The position numbers and the translations under genes are program-made. 64,000 nt of DNA from Acholeplasmataceae bacterium (GTDB lineage: Bacteria > Bacillota_I > Bacilli_A > Acholeplasmatales > Acholeplasmataceae), in NCBI GenBank assembly GCA_963667565.1, contig OY763415.1, positions 1,472,001-1,536,000 of the forward strand. The letters are read 5' to 3'. Every line of letters begins with the position of its first letter. The stretch's first letter is position 1. Below, in pieces: positions 18,763 to 30,323 of the stretch. Under the pieces are notes generated by a model, which did no database searches, was not told where the DNA came from, and worked only from the letters and a program-made list of their open reading frames with translations.

Positions 18763-21087
18763 CTACTTTTTCAAGATTTTTTTAATACCTTTAATCATAT
18801 GTAGATTAAGTATATCTACAATACCTTCTGCTTGATATAACGATAATGTTTGATTACTAAATAAAGCAAGCATTCGAATAGGTGTCTCTGTAATCGTTCT
18901 TTTCATAACTTCTTTCATCCACACATCTTCAACTTCTCTTAATTCTTTTGTTGCCATGCCCATGACCACACGTTTAATGATTTTCCCAATAAGTAAATGA
19001 TCAACATCATTAAGTGTTGTTGATAAACTAAATGGTCGCTTATAAACAATATGCTTTTTAGGAAGTTGTTTTGAAAACAGTTTATTAAAATCACTTGTGT
19101 TGTATTCATATTGATTATAACTAATCATTGGATGTCTTACCACCATACCGTCGATATGAATATCAACTTGATCAATGACTTCACCTGCATGTTTACATAT
19201 TTCTATACTATATTTACCTTCTTCAACAATAAAACGTTTTTTATAAATATCATAAAAATTAAAATCATCTTTTGACAACTTAAACTCAACTATTTTTACT
19301 TCGTTTGGTTTAAGTTCAATCTTATCAAACGCTTTAAGTTCTCTTTTGGCTTTGTATACAGTACTTTCATTTTGCCCAACATATACTTGAACTACTTCTT
19401 TTGCAGTCATTTGTCCAACATTTCTCACACTGACTGAAACTAAGTATCCATCTGAAACCTCTGTTACATTTAAGTCTTTATATACAAATTTAGCATATGA
19501 AAGTCCATGGCCAAAATGATATCTAACTGGCTTTTTAAATGTTTCATAATATCTATAACCCACATAAATGGATTCATCATAATATGTTGCTTGATTATCC
19601 TTAGTGATTTGTACATTACATGATTCATGATGATCAATCCATGTTTCTGCAAGTTTTCCTGATGGACTAAACTTACCAAATAACAAATCAAGCATTGCTA
19701 AACTTGAAGCTTGTCCACCTAAATATGCGATTAAGACACCTTTAGCTTTACTAAATGGCTCTAAATTAATGACTGATCCACCTACGGTAACGATCACTAT
19801 ATTTTGATTGACTTCATATAATTTCTTGAAGAGTTCGATTTGGTTTGATGGTACATCAAGTGATTTTCTATCAAAACCTTCGGTTTCTAATGCTTCTGGA
19901 ATCCCAACAATATAGACAACTTTTTTAACTTGATTGGCTAATTCTAGAGCCTCGGCTTCTAATTTGCTATCAACTTTAAATTGATCAACTTCAAAACCTT
20001 TGACAACTTTTGCATTTTTAGAAAAGTTTCCAATTACATCACAAATCTCATTGACTTCATATGCATTCACATGTGATGATCCTCCGCCTTGATAACGCAT
20101 ATGAAAAGCGAATCCTGAAATGATTGCGATGTTTTCTTGATTGCTTAGTGGCAAGATGTTTTCTTTGTTTTTAGCAAGAACCATAGATTCTCTAGCAAAC
20201 ATTCTTGCTTGTTCATGTTGTTTCTTAAAATCTAAATCTGATTCTTTATGATTTATGGGATATTTAAGTGCAAGTTCAACAATTCGATTTGCAGATGTTG
20301 TCACATCTTTATTAAGCTGCATATCTTTCATACTTGCTTGTTTGACTTTTGATCCCCAATAACCATAACTTGATGGCATTTCTAAATCACAAGATGCTTT
20401 AATACTTTTAACGCGGTCGTGAATAGCACCCCAGTCGCTTATGATAGGTCCTTGATATTTCCATCTTTTTCTAACAATCTCTTTTAAAATAGGGTGTTCT
20501 GTAACATAAAAACCATTAAGTTTGTTATAACTTGCCATCAGTGTAGCTGGATTTTCTTTAATAACCTTCTTGAAATTACGATAATATATTTCATGAAGTG
20601 CACGTTCATCAACAATCGTATCAATGGTGAATCTATAAGTTTCTTGATTGTTTGCAATAAAATGTTTAACCGAAGTTCCTATACCTTGATCTTCAACACT
20701 TCTAACAAAACTTGCTGCAAGTTCACCTGAAACATATGGGTCTTCACTATAATATTCAAAGTTTCTTCCACCCAATGGTGTTCGCTTAATATTAATGCCG
20801 GGACCTAAAATCATCTGAACACCATAATGTTTACATTCTTTTGCTATAGATGCTCCAAGTTTTTTCATTAAATTGCGATCGAAACTACATGCTGTTAAAC
20901 TTGCAGTTGGAAAACAGGTAGCTATCACGCTACCATTTTTTCCTGTAGTATCTTGATCATCGATTTGTTTTCTAACACCATGAGGACCATCAGTCATCAA
21001 TACACTCGGGACATCATCAAATGCTTTTGTATGCCATACATCTTGTCCATCTAATATTTTAATCTGCTCATCAAACGATAATTTCAT
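18763..21087 (-). CDS. GH3 beta-glucosidase
   Basis: TDGPHGVR, GRNFEYYSEDP, KHFIAN, SDWG nucleophile, FGHGLSY, Fn3-like C-terminus. Confidence 0.95.
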   Translation of the reverse strand: MKLSFDEQIKILDGQDVWHTKAFDDVPSVLMTDGPHGVRKQIDDQDTTGKNGSVIATCFPTASLTACSFDRNLMKKLGASIAKECKHYGVQMILGPGINIKRTPLGGRNFEYYSEDPYVSGELAASFVRSVEDQGIGTSVKHFIANNQETYRFTIDTIVDERALHEIYYRNFKKVIKENPATLMASYNKLNGFYVTEHPILKEIVRKRWKYQGPIISDWGAIHDRVKSIKASCDLEMPSSYGYWGSKVKQASMKDMQLNKDVTTSANRIVELALKYPINHKESDLDFKKQHEQARMFARESMVLAKNKENILPLSNQENIAIISGFAFHMRYQGGGSSHVNAYEVNEICDVIGNFSKNAKVVKGFEVDQFKVDSKLEAEALELANQVKKVVYIVGIPEALETEGFDRKSLDVPSNQIELFKKLYEVNQNIVIVTVGGSVINLEPFSKAKGVLIAYLGGQASSLAMLDLLFGKFSPSGKLAETWIDHHESCNVQITKDNQATYYDESIYVGYRYYETFKKPVRYHFGHGLSYAKFVYKDLNVTEVSDGYLVSVSVRNVGQMTAKEVVQVYVGQNESTVYKAKRELKAFDKIELKPNEVKIVEFKLSKDDFNFYDIYKKRFIVEEGKYSIEICKHAGEVIDQVDIHIDGMVVRHPMISYNQYEYNTSDFNKLFSKQLPKKHIVYKRPFSLSTTLNDVDHLLIGKIIKRVVMGMATKELREVEDVWMKEVMKRTITETPIRMLALFSNQTLSLYQAEGIVDILNLHMIKGIKKILKK

Positions 21088-21091
21088 GTGA

Positions 21092-22675
21092 TTACCTCAA
21101 TTTATACATTCTAGTTTCATAAGGTCTCAATACCATAGAATCATTTTGATAGTTACCTATGATTTTAATACCTTCTATATACTTATAACCAATTGATTGA
21201 TCTATTTTTGACATATTACAAATAACTACTATTTTGTCATTTTTATATGTTCTTTGGAAGATGAAAACATCTTTTTTCATGCTAATCAAATCAAATTCAC
21301 CATGAATCAACTCGACATATTTTCTTCTTATCTCAATCATTTGAATATAATAATTTAAAATTGAATCTGGATGATCCAATTGACTCTCTACGTTGATATA
21401 TGCTGTGTTTGCATTTTGTTTTAACCAAGGTGTGACAGTTGAAAATCCACCTTCTTGATTCCATTGCATAGGTGTTCTATTATTATCTCTAGAACTTCTA
21501 AGCATCATTTTAAATCTTCGCTTTTTAGAAAACCCAAGTTTTTTAGCGATTTGATAGATATTCAACGTTTCAACATCTCTAAATTCGCTCATATCTTTAA
21601 AATCACCATTGGTCATTCCAATTTCTTGACCTTGGTAAATGTAAGGTGTTCCTTTTAAACCAATCAGTAATGTGGCAAACATTTTAGCACTATATGCTCT
21701 AAAGTTTTCATCAGCAAATCTAGAAACAGCTCTTTGTTGGTCATGATTTTCTAAATAATTAGCATTCCAGTATACTTCTTTTTGCCATTTCGAAATGACT
21801 TTAATAAATTTGGAAGGTTTAAATTTTGTTCTAAACCACTTGTTGTTGATTTGATCTGTTTCCATGTGTGCAAAACTAAACACCATGTCTAATTCTTTTT
21901 TTTCTGGATAGATTAAATCATTTGCTTGTTTTGGTGTAACGAGTACAGTTTCACCCACTGTGAATGTGTCGTATTGATTTAAAACTTCATTTCTTAATTT
22001 TTGTAAAATTTGATGCATGCCCTCTTGTTGATGATAGTGCTCTAACCCAGTTAAAACCAATCTTTTTCTACCGTTTTCTAAACTGGTTTTAAAGATGATA
22101 TTAATCACATCACATCTAAACCCATATATGCCTTTATCAAGCCAATATCTCATGATATTTTGAACTTCTTCCATGATTTTAGGGTTATGCCAATTTAAGT
22201 CTGGTTGTTCTTTGGCAAATAAATGAAGATAATAAGCATCATCAATGTTATCCCATGCTTTTCCACCAAAAAAACTTGTCCAATTGTTGGGCTTGTTTTT
22301 CCATATATAATAATCTCTATATGCAGGATCGTGATTTAAACTTTTCTTGAACCATTCATGTTCATTAGATGTGTGATTAATCACTAAATCCATAATGATT
22401 TTTAATCCTTTTTCTTCTGCCTTTTTAATCAATAGATCCATATCATCCATCGTTCCAAACTCTGGATTAATCTGATAATAATCACTGATGTCATAACCAT
22501 TGTCGTGATTAGGAGATGCATAAACTGGAGATAGCCAAATAACATCAACACCTAAATGTTTTACATAATCAAGTTTTGATATAATCCCTTGAATATCACC
22601 AATGCCATCACCATTAGCATCCATGAAACTTCTTGGATATATTTGATAAACAACCAAATCTTTAAAAGTTTTCAC
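21092..22675 (-). CDS. GH13 alpha-glucosidase / oligo-1,6-glucosidase
   Basis: YQIYPRSF, DLVINHTS, GFRCDVIN, VGET, LENHDQ. Likely start is GTG 22675 behind GGAGG. Confidence 0.94.
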   Translation of the reverse strand: MKTFKDLVVYQIYPRSFMDANGDGIGDIQGIISKLDYVKHLGVDVIWLSPVYASPNHDNGYDISDYYQINPEFGTMDDMDLLIKKAEEKGLKIIMDLVINHTSNEHEWFKKSLNHDPAYRDYYIWKNKPNNWTSFFGGKAWDNIDDAYYLHLFAKEQPDLNWHNPKIMEEVQNIMRYWLDKGIYGFRCDVINIIFKTSLENGRKRLVLTGLEHYHQQEGMHQILQKLRNEVLNQYDTFTVGETVLVTPKQANDLIYPEKKELDMVFSFAHMETDQINNKWFRTKFKPSKFIKVISKWQKEVYWNANYLENHDQQRAVSRFADENFRAYSAKMFATLLIGLKGTPYIYQGQEIGMTNGDFKDMSEFRDVETLNIYQIAKKLGFSKKRRFKMMLRSSRDNNRTPMQWNQEGGFSTVTPWLKQNANTAYINVESQLDHPDSILNYYIQMIEIRRKYVELIHGEFDLISMKKDVFIFQRTYKNDKIVVICNMSKIDQSIGYKYIEGIKIIGNYQNDSMVLRPYETRMYKLR

Positions 22676-22711
22676 ACTATGTTCCTCCAAAAAAGAATAA
22701 AAAAACCCAAA

Positions 22712-23278
22712 TTATTTTTGGGTTTCGTTTGTAAATTCATTTAAAGCTTGAAGTAAATCCTTTAACGGTAACCCAACGATTGTAAAAAAATCACCTTGAT
22801 AACTCTCTACAAGTGCGCCGCCCAATCCTTGAATACCATAGGCGCCAGCTTTATCCATCGGTTCTTTTGTTTGTATGTACCCTTTGATTTCTAACTCACT
22901 TAACTTTTTCATTTTTACTTCTGTTTTTGAACAAAAGCTATGTTTCTTATCACCTTGTTGAAGTGCTACACCAGTAAATACTTGATGGGTTTCATTTGAT
23001 AACATTTTAAGCATGCGATATGCATCATCTTCGTCCTTAGGTTTTCCTAATATCTCTCCATTAAATACGACGATGGTATCTGCTGCAATGACAATATCAT
23101 CATGATGTTTAATTGAAACAGCTTCCGCTTTTTGTTCTGCTAAAGAAACGACAATTTCTTTTGGTTCGAGTGTTTCATCGATAAGTTCTTCTATATCGCT
23201 TGGTTCAACAATAAAGTCAACACCAGCATCCTTCAACAATTTTGATCGCCTTGGTGAACTACTCGCTAGAATAATCAT
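22712..23278 (-). CDS. maf: Maf-family nucleotide pyrophosphatase
   Basis: IILASSSPRR, AADTIV, LGKP, DKAGAYGIQ. Confidence 0.95.
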   Translation of the reverse strand: MIILASSSPRRSKLLKDAGVDFIVEPSDIEELIDETLEPKEIVVSLAEQKAEAVSIKHHDDIVIAADTIVVFNGEILGKPKDEDDAYRMLKMLSNETHQVFTGVALQQGDKKHSFCSKTEVKMKKLSELEIKGYIQTKEPMDKAGAYGIQGLGGALVESYQGDFFTIVGLPLKDLLQALNEFTNETQK

Positions 23279-23383
23279 TTTATCTCCCCTTTGCATGAAA
23301 TAATTATAACATGTAATAGATGAAAATAAGTCATTTTTTTACAAATGCTCATGATATAATAAATGTAGAAGGAGTTGCTTACT

Positions 23384-24667
23384 ATGGATCCTACCATTGA
23401 TTTATTAAATCAATTAATTAAAAATGTGAAAAATCAAAAACTCATCTTATCTGTAAGTGGAGGCATTGACTCAATGGTCATGCTTCATTTATTGCATAGT
23501 CACAACTATCACATCGAAGTTGTCCATTTTAACCACCAAAAAAGAGAACAATCAAAACTTGAAGCAACCCTTGTTCAATCTTACTGTGAAAAACACCACA
23601 TCCCCTATCACTATTATCTCATCGATGTTTTAGATCATGGTAATTTTCACCATCAAGCACACATTTTAAGAAAACATTACCTATTACAGGTTGCTAAAGA
23701 AGTCAAATCCAAATATATCTTAACTGCTCATCATTTAGATGATTTACTTGAATCAATCTTAATCAAACTCACACGTGGTAGTAATTTATTGGGATACGCA
23801 GGTATGCAGCCTATCTATGAAAAAAACCATATCTTTTATGTTAAACCCTTATTATACACAAGCAAACAAGACATTTTGTCTTATGCAATTAAACATAAAA
23901 TTCCATATTTAAGTGATGAATCTAATGAGCAAGATACTTATCTTAGAAATCGATATAGACATGCGATTTCTCCAATTATGAAACAAGAAAATCAACAATT
24001 ACTTGAACAAGTTAAACAATACCATCACCAATTAAGTGATGCGTTTATCTACATTAGAAAACAATCCATTTTAACTCTTGTAGATAACCAAATTATCATC
24101 TCTAAATTTAAAGATCTAGACACTGTAATTCAGCATGATATGATTGCATATTTACTAGAGGAAAATCAAGTTGAGGCATCTTATGAAAAAATCATGTCTA
24201 TTAAACATATGTTATTATCTAAAAATCCAAATCAATCGATAAGATTAAATCATCAGTATGCTTTTATTAAAGCATATGATCATGCATCTATTGAAGAACA
24301 TGAGCACACTGAACCCCAGTTTATAGAACTCAAAATCGGTGAAAATCATGTAAAAAATATGGGCGTTTTCACATTTTTTCATGAAACAGATACCATTACT
24401 GAAGAATTACAAAAATTATGTTATAATAAATTAGCATTTCCATTATGGTTAAGACATCGTCTTAATGGCGATACATTAACTTTTGATTATGGACATAAAA
24501 AACTGAAAAAACTACTTATTGATCAAAAAGTACCAATGAATAAACGCGATCAATTATGGATTCTAACTGATAACGATAATCAAATTTTGTGGGTTGAGCA
24601 TTATTATCTCAACAAATCGATAGGTCAACAAAACACATTATACTTTCAAATCAAAAAGGAGCACTAA
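23384..24667 (+). CDS. tilS: tRNA(Ile)-lysidine synthetase
   Basis: SGGIDSM, TAHHLDD, DESN...RNRYR; first gene of the tilS-hpt-ftsH block. Confidence 0.95.
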   Translation: MDPTIDLLNQLIKNVKNQKLILSVSGGIDSMVMLHLLHSHNYHIEVVHFNHQKREQSKLEATLVQSYCEKHHIPYHYYLIDVLDHGNFHHQAHILRKHYLLQVAKEVKSKYILTAHHLDDLLESILIKLTRGSNLLGYAGMQPIYEKNHIFYVKPLLYTSKQDILSYAIKHKIPYLSDESNEQDTYLRNRYRHAISPIMKQENQQLLEQVKQYHHQLSDAFIYIRKQSILTLVDNQIIISKFKDLDTVIQHDMIAYLLEENQVEASYEKIMSIKHMLLSKNPNQSIRLNHQYAFIKAYDHASIEEHEHTEPQFIELKIGENHVKNMGVFTFFHETDTITEELQKLCYNKLAFPLWLRHRLNGDTLTFDYGHKKLKKLLIDQKVPMNKRDQLWILTDNDNQILWVEHYYLNKSIGQQNTLYFQIKKEH

Positions 24668-24669
24668 TC

Positions 24670-25209
24670 ATGCACAAGGACATTCAAGAAGTTTTAGTTT
24701 CAGCACAAGAAATCGATGAGATTTGTACGAGTCTTGGTCAACAATTGACTAAAGATTATCAAGGTAGTTCTCCACTTCTCGTGGGTTTGCTTAAAGGGTG
24801 TGTCCCTTTCATGTCAGATTTATCTAAAAAAATAGATCTACAATTGGAAGTTGCATATATGTCTGTTAGCAGCTATCATGGTGGCATTAGTTCATCAGGT
24901 AATGTCAAAATCAAAATGGATTTAGATATCTCAATTGAAGGTAGAGACGTTATAATCGTTGAAGATATTGTAGATACAGCAAACACAATCGTAACAATCA
25001 TTAACTTGTTTAAGCATCGTGGTGCTAAAACTGTTAAAGTCGTTACATTATTAGATAAACCAGGTGGAAGAACACAACCATACGAACCTGAATATGTAGG
25101 AAAAGTTATTCCTAAAGCGTTCGTTGTTGGATATGGACTTGATTATGATGAGTTCTATCGCAATCTCCCTTATGTAGGGATTCTAAAACCTGAGGTCTAT
25201 GAAAAATAA
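24670..25209 (+). CDS. hpt: Hypoxanthine phosphoribosyltransferase
   Basis: LLKG, IVEDIVDT, FVVGYGLDY...RNLP. Confidence 0.97.
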   Translation: MHKDIQEVLVSAQEIDEICTSLGQQLTKDYQGSSPLLVGLLKGCVPFMSDLSKKIDLQLEVAYMSVSSYHGGISSSGNVKIKMDLDISIEGRDVIIVEDIVDTANTIVTIINLFKHRGAKTVKVVTLLDKPGGRTQPYEPEYVGKVIPKAFVVGYGLDYDEFYRNLPYVGILKPEVYEK

Positions 25210-25228
25210 TCAAGGGGTGAACATATAG

Positions 25229-27166
25229 ATGAACCAAAAACCAAATAACAACACAAGAAAACCAGAATTTAAAAGAAAACCTGATTACCTAATTATGATT
25301 TTTACAATCATTGTGGTATTTGCAGTTTTCATGTTCATGAGAAATGCTTTTAGTGAACAATCAATTCCTCTTACTACAACTGAATTATATACAGCTGCGG
25401 AAGCTGGAGACATTTCATCATTTTATTATCAACCTGTCGGTGGCGAAAACTTAGATATCGTTAGTGTCTCAGGTACTTTCTTTGAACAATCAGTTCAATA
25501 TTATGGAAATATCCAAAGTTTCACAGGTACAATGCGTATTGATGAGGCAACCGATATTATGGCCATTGTTGAAGCTGAAAGCAGTTCAGCAGAAACTGGC
25601 ATTAAACCTTTATCTTCATTTGACTTAATTACAATCTTAGTTTATATCGTACCTATTATTTTAATGGTTGTTTTCTTATTCTTTATTTTTAGAAATGCAA
25701 ACAGTCAAAATAATAGAGCGTTTGATTTTGCTAAAAATAGAGCTAAATTAAATCGTGAAAAAACAGTCACATTTAAAGATGTTGCTGGTCTTGATGAAGA
25801 AAAAGAGGAAATGGAAGAATTAATTGATTTCCTTAAAACACCTAAAAAATATGTTGATATGGGTGCAAGAATTCCTAAAGGGGTTCTTCTTGTTGGTCAA
25901 CCTGGTACTGGTAAAACTTTAATTGCTAAAGCTGTTGCAGGTGAAGCTAACGTACCATTCTTTTCAATTTCAGGTTCTGATTTTGTTGAAATGTTTGTCG
26001 GTGTTGGTGCTTCTCGTGTTAGAGACTTATTCAAAGTTGCTAAAGAAAACTCACCATGTATCATTTTCATTGATGAAATTGATGCTGTTGGTCGACAACG
26101 TGGTGCTGGTTTTGGTGGTGGACACGATGAACGTGAACAAACACTTAACCAATTACTTGTTGAAATGGATGGATTTACTGGAAATATGGGTATCATCATT
26201 ATGGCTGCAACCAATCGCCCTGATGTCTTAGACCCAGCACTTCTTCGTCCAGGTCGTTTCGATCGTCAAATCACAATCAGTTTACCTGATGTCGCAGGAC
26301 GTGAAGCGATTCTTAAAGTCCATGCTAGAAATAAAAAGTTAGATCCAAAAGTTAAATTAGAAGAGTTTGCAAAACGTATTCCTGGATTTAGTGGCGCAGA
26401 TATTGAAAACTTACTTAATGAGGCTGCATTGCTTGCTGCTAGAGATAATAGAACGATGATTTTATCGCCTGATTTAGATGAGGCTATTGATCGTGTCATG
26501 ATGGGTCCTGCGAAGAAGAGTCGTAAATATAGCGAAGAAGAAAAGAAAACAATTGCTTATCATGAAGCAGGACATGCTGTCATTGGTATAAAAGTACCCG
26601 ATGCTAGTGTTGTACAAAAAGTAACAATTATCCCTCGTGGTCGTGCTGGTGGTTATAACTTAATGACTCCAGAAAAAGAAACCATGTTGAGTACTAAAAA
26701 ACAATTGCTTGCTGAAATCACAAGTTTCCTTGGTGGTCGAGTTGCTGAAGAAATTATGTTTGATACAGTAACAACCGGTGCTTACAATGACTTTGAACGT
26801 GCCACTGCAATCGCTAGAGCTATGGTTACAGAATATGGTATGAGTGAACTAGGACCTATCCAATACGAACAACGTGGTGGTAATGTCTTCTTAGGTCGTG
26901 ACTACTTAAAAGAAAAAAACTTCTCTGACCAAATTGCTCATGAAATTGATACTGCTGTTAGACATATTATTAACAGTTGTTATGAAGAAGCTAGACGTGT
27001 GATTACAGAAAACAAAGTTTTACTTGATCAAATATCATTTTATTTAATCAATGTTGAAACATTAACTAAAGAAGATATTAAAGAAATTACAGAAACAGGC
27101 AAACTTAAATGGTGGGATGATAAAAATCAATCTCATGAACCTAAGTTAGAAATCAATGCGGCTTGA
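25229..27166 (+). CDS. ftsH: ATP-dependent zinc metalloprotease FtsH
   Basis: Two TM helices, [21 protein letters not shown]. Confidence 0.98.
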   Translation: MNQKPNNNTRKPEFKRKPDYLIMIFTIIVVFAVFMFMRNAFSEQSIPLTTTELYTAAEAGDISSFYYQPVGGENLDIVSVSGTFFEQSVQYYGNIQSFTGTMRIDEATDIMAIVEAESSSAETGIKPLSSFDLITILVYIVPIILMVVFLFFIFRNANSQNNRAFDFAKNRAKLNREKTVTFKDVAGLDEEKEEMEELIDFLKTPKKYVDMGARIPKGVLLVGQPGTGKTLIAKAVAGEANVPFFSISGSDFVEMFVGVGASRVRDLFKVAKENSPCIIFIDEIDAVGRQRGAGFGGGHDEREQTLNQLLVEMDGFTGNMGIIIMAATNRPDVLDPALLRPGRFDRQITISLPDVAGREAILKVHARNKKLDPKVKLEEFAKRIPGFSGADIENLLNEAALLAARDNRTMILSPDLDEAIDRVMMGPAKKSRKYSEEEKKTIAYHEAGHAVIGIKVPDASVVQKVTIIPRGRAGGYNLMTPEKETMLSTKKQLLAEITSFLGGRVAEEIMFDTVTTGAYNDFERATAIARAMVTEYGMSELGPIQYEQRGGNVFLGRDYLKEKNFSDQIAHEIDTAVRHIINSCYEEARRVITENKVLLDQISFYLINVETLTKEDIKEITETGKLKWWDDKNQSHEPKLEINAA

Positions 27167-27401
27167 TAAATATTTAAAAGTATCTCGAATCATCAAAAGA
27201 CGCACACTTGCAAAAGAAGCTGCAGAACATCAAAAAATCGAGATTAATCACAAATTGTCTAAGCCTTCTGCTTCTGTTACTATAGGTGATATACTCACCT
27301 TGCATCTAGGTGCTAAAACCATTACTGTTAAAGTAACAAGTTTAACATTGATCAAAGATCAATTAATGTATGAACTTTTAAGTGAAGAAAAAAGGCCATA
27401 A
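27156..27401 (+). CDS. S4-domain RNA-binding protein (YabO/RqcP/Hsp15 family)
   Basis: [21 protein letters not shown]. Confidence 0.9.
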   Translation: MRLDKYLKVSRIIKRRTLAKEAAEHQKIEINHKLSKPSASVTIGDILTLHLGAKTITVKVTSLTLIKDQLMYELLSEEKRP

Positions 27402-27456
27402 CTACCATTATGGCTTTTTCTATGATATAATATGATGCGATTAGGAGGTTCACTAT

Positions 27457-28941
27457 ATGAATCTAGAAAACTTAACTGAACAAGAACTCGTTAGACGCGA
27501 GAAAGCGAAAGCTTTAGAAGATCAAGGGGTTGCGCCTTTTGGTCAAAAATATATAAGAACACATAACTCAAAACAAATCTTTGACCTTTATGAATCATTT
27601 GATCATGACCAATTAGAAGAAAAACATGTTGAAGTTTCGATAGCAGGAAGAATTGTATTAAAACGTAGACAGGGTAAAGCTGGTTTTATGCAAATTCAAG
27701 ATCGTGATGGACGCATTCAAGTATATGTGAGAAAAGATATCATTGGTGATGATCCATATGAAATCTTTATCCAATCAGATTTAGGTGATATCGTTGGTAT
27801 CAAAGGTTATGTCTTCAAAACAAATACAGGTGAATTAACTGTAAAAGCTAGTGAATATACTCATTTGACTAAAGCTTTACGTCCACTTCCAGATAAATTT
27901 CATGGCTTACAAGATAAAGAGGAAGCAAGACGTCGTCGCTATGTCGATTTAATTATGAATGATGAAGCAAGAAAGGTTGCTATGGCAAGACCTAAAATCA
28001 TCAGATCTATTCAAAACTATTTTGATTCTCGTGGTTTTATTGAAGTAGAAACACCAGTCCTTCAATCTATTTTAGGTGGTGCTGCTGCTAGACCTTTTAC
28101 GACTCACCATAATGCACTTGATATGGACTTCTATTTAAGAATAGCTACTGAACTTCCTTTAAAACGTTTAATTGTTGGTGGCATGGAGGCTGTTTATGAA
28201 ATTGGTCGTCTATTTAGAAATGAAGGCATGGATGCGAAACATAATCCAGAATTCACAACCATCGAAGCTTATTTAGCATACGCTGATATGGGTGACATGA
28301 TGGATGTCATTGAAGGATGTTTATCTACAGTTGCTTTTGAAACACTTGGTACATATGATGTTACTTTTAATGATGAAGTCATCCATATGCAAGCGCCATT
28401 TAAACGTTGGCACATGGTTGATGCTGTCAAAGAAACATCTGGCGTAGATTTTTGGGTTCATATGACTGATGATGAAGCGAAAGCAATAGCGAAAGCACAT
28501 CACATTGAAGTTGAAAAACATTGGGCATTTGGACATGTAGTTGAAGCTTTCTTTGATAAATATGTTGAACCAGTCATTGTTCAACCTACATTTGTTTATG
28601 GTCATCCAATTGAAATATCTCCACTTGCTAAAAAGAATGCTGATGATGAAAGATTTACAGATCGTTTTGAATTATTTATTATGAAAGCTGAATATGCGAA
28701 TGCATTTAGCGAATTAAATGATCCGATTGATCAAAGAGAAAGATTTGAAAATCAATTGAAGGAAAAAGCTTTAGGAAACGATGAAGCTTCAGAAATGGAT
28801 ATTGATTTTGTCGAAGCATTAGAATATGGTATGCCTCCTACTGGTGGTCTTGGTATTGGTATTGATAGACTTGTTATGTTATTAACTAATACACCAAACA
28901 TCAGAGATGTCATCTTATTCCCTCACTTAAAACATAGATAA
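27457..28941 (+). CDS. lysS: Lysine--tRNA ligase (class II)
   Basis: [39 protein letters not shown]. Confidence 0.98.
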   Translation: MNLENLTEQELVRREKAKALEDQGVAPFGQKYIRTHNSKQIFDLYESFDHDQLEEKHVEVSIAGRIVLKRRQGKAGFMQIQDRDGRIQVYVRKDIIGDDPYEIFIQSDLGDIVGIKGYVFKTNTGELTVKASEYTHLTKALRPLPDKFHGLQDKEEARRRRYVDLIMNDEARKVAMARPKIIRSIQNYFDSRGFIEVETPVLQSILGGAAARPFTTHHNALDMDFYLRIATELPLKRLIVGGMEAVYEIGRLFRNEGMDAKHNPEFTTIEAYLAYADMGDMMDVIEGCLSTVAFETLGTYDVTFNDEVIHMQAPFKRWHMVDAVKETSGVDFWVHMTDDEAKAIAKAHHIEVEKHWAFGHVVEAFFDKYVEPVIVQPTFVYGHPIEISPLAKKNADDERFTDRFELFIMKAEYANAFSELNDPIDQRERFENQLKEKALGNDEASEMDIDFVEALEYGMPPTGGLGIGIDRLVMLLTNTPNIRDVILFPHLKHR

Positions 28942-28948
28942 ATCATAA

Positions 28949-28977
28949 ATAAGTCCTACTAAGGACTTATTTTTTTA
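28949..28977 (+). terminator. lysS terminator
   Basis: ATAAGTCCT-ACTA-AGGACTTAT plus a T run. Confidence 0.8.
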
Positions 28978-29167
28978 TCTTTTTTGATACATTTAAAAGT
29001 AAGTTGAACTCTAACATTACAAATAAACCAAAATGGTTGATGTTACTTAAAAGTATTGTGAATTTCATAATTAACCCTATAAATATGTTTTCTTTGCTTT
29101 ACTAACTTTTATGTTTGGTAAACTTTTATGTTTGAAAGGTATCATGTACATGTGATATTTGTCACAT

Positions 29168-29193
29168 AAAAAAAGCCTTCAATGAAGGCTTTT
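29168..29193 (-). terminator. Terminator of the 350-aa lipoprotein gene
   Basis: AAAAGCCTTCA/TGAAGGCTTTT inverted repeat with a T run on the minus strand. Confidence 0.75.
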
Positions 29194-29195
29194 CA

Positions 29196-30248
29196 TTAAG
29201 TTGTTTGAATGAGTGGTGATAAATCAATTGATGGCACCAATGTATATGTATCTGCATCTTTTGGAAGCCCAGGAATATCACTTACATAGTCGAAAACCAA
29301 CAGCATATTCATATTTGAGTCGTGATCGTCATTTAAAACAACATGACCTTCTAATGCAAATTGAACGAGCTTTTCTTCTTCAATTGCAAACACTAGCGAG
29401 ATATCCACACTAGATAACTCTTCATCTAATTGATTGTTAAACTCTGCAATCGCACTATTGATTGCTTCATCTGTAGGAGCAATTTCATGTTCTTGTTGAT
29501 ACATCCAAGTAAACAATGCACCATAATTGTTTTTTAATGTATCTTTCGAGACATCAAACTCTACAAATGTAATCTTACCTGATTGATAGACAGTAAATGC
29601 TTCATACGCATTCATAAGTTCTTCTATGTTTGTACTATTTACTTCAGGTATATCATACATAGAATTTATGAAATTATTTGCGTTAAATGAAGATGACCAG
29701 TCATCTTGTGAAATCATATCTTGTACTTTTTGTTTAGCAGATAAAGAGACCGTTTGTCCTGAAATAGTTCTTTCTAAATCATAATTTAGATACACATCAG
29801 ATTCAAATAAGTATGCACCTAATGAACCATTAAATGTAAATTCAGTATTTGGATAAGTCTCAAGCAATCCACTACTTGATGCCCCATTTGAGAAATATAA
29901 GTTCATTTCTGCATTAAAATTGATTTGAGATTCACTTACTTGATCTGATAACTTGAAATAACCTTCAATATTAAAATCTGTTTGTATTGCTGTTTCTAAT
30001 GTGACAGCTGAAATTGCACTATACTGACTATATAAAATATCTGCATCACCTGAAAAAGTTACTTTATATATATCATTGCTGTTTGCTTCTTCCATTGCTG
30101 TTTCTAACATTTGAGCAACTTCTAAAGTTGACATATCAACAATATCACTTTCATTAAGTTTAGGGTAGTCACCTTCACTTAGTCCATTACAACCTACAAG
30201 CAATATTAAAAGACTCATGACTAAAGACAACATTGCTATTTTTTTCAT
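29196..30248 (-). CDS. Lipoprotein of unknown function
   Basis: MKK, hydrophobic stretch, LVGC lipobox; acidic mature part. Confidence 0.8.
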   Translation of the reverse strand: MKKIAMLSLVMSLLILLVGCNGLSEGDYPKLNESDIVDMSTLEVAQMLETAMEEANSNDIYKVTFSGDADILYSQYSAISAVTLETAIQTDFNIEGYFKLSDQVSESQINFNAEMNLYFSNGASSSGLLETYPNTEFTFNGSLGAYLFESDVYLNYDLERTISGQTVSLSAKQKVQDMISQDDWSSSFNANNFINSMYDIPEVNSTNIEELMNAYEAFTVYQSGKITFVEFDVSKDTLKNNYGALFTWMYQQEHEIAPTDEAINSAIAEFNNQLDEELSSVDISLVFAIEEEKLVQFALEGHVVLNDDHDSNMNMLLVFDYVSDIPGLPKDADTYTLVPSIDLSPLIQTT

Positions 30249-30323
30249 TTTTTCCCTCCTATTTCCTTCTTTACCTTAATTATATCACTTCATATAAAAA
30301 TAAAAGTCCCTTTCGGGGACTTT

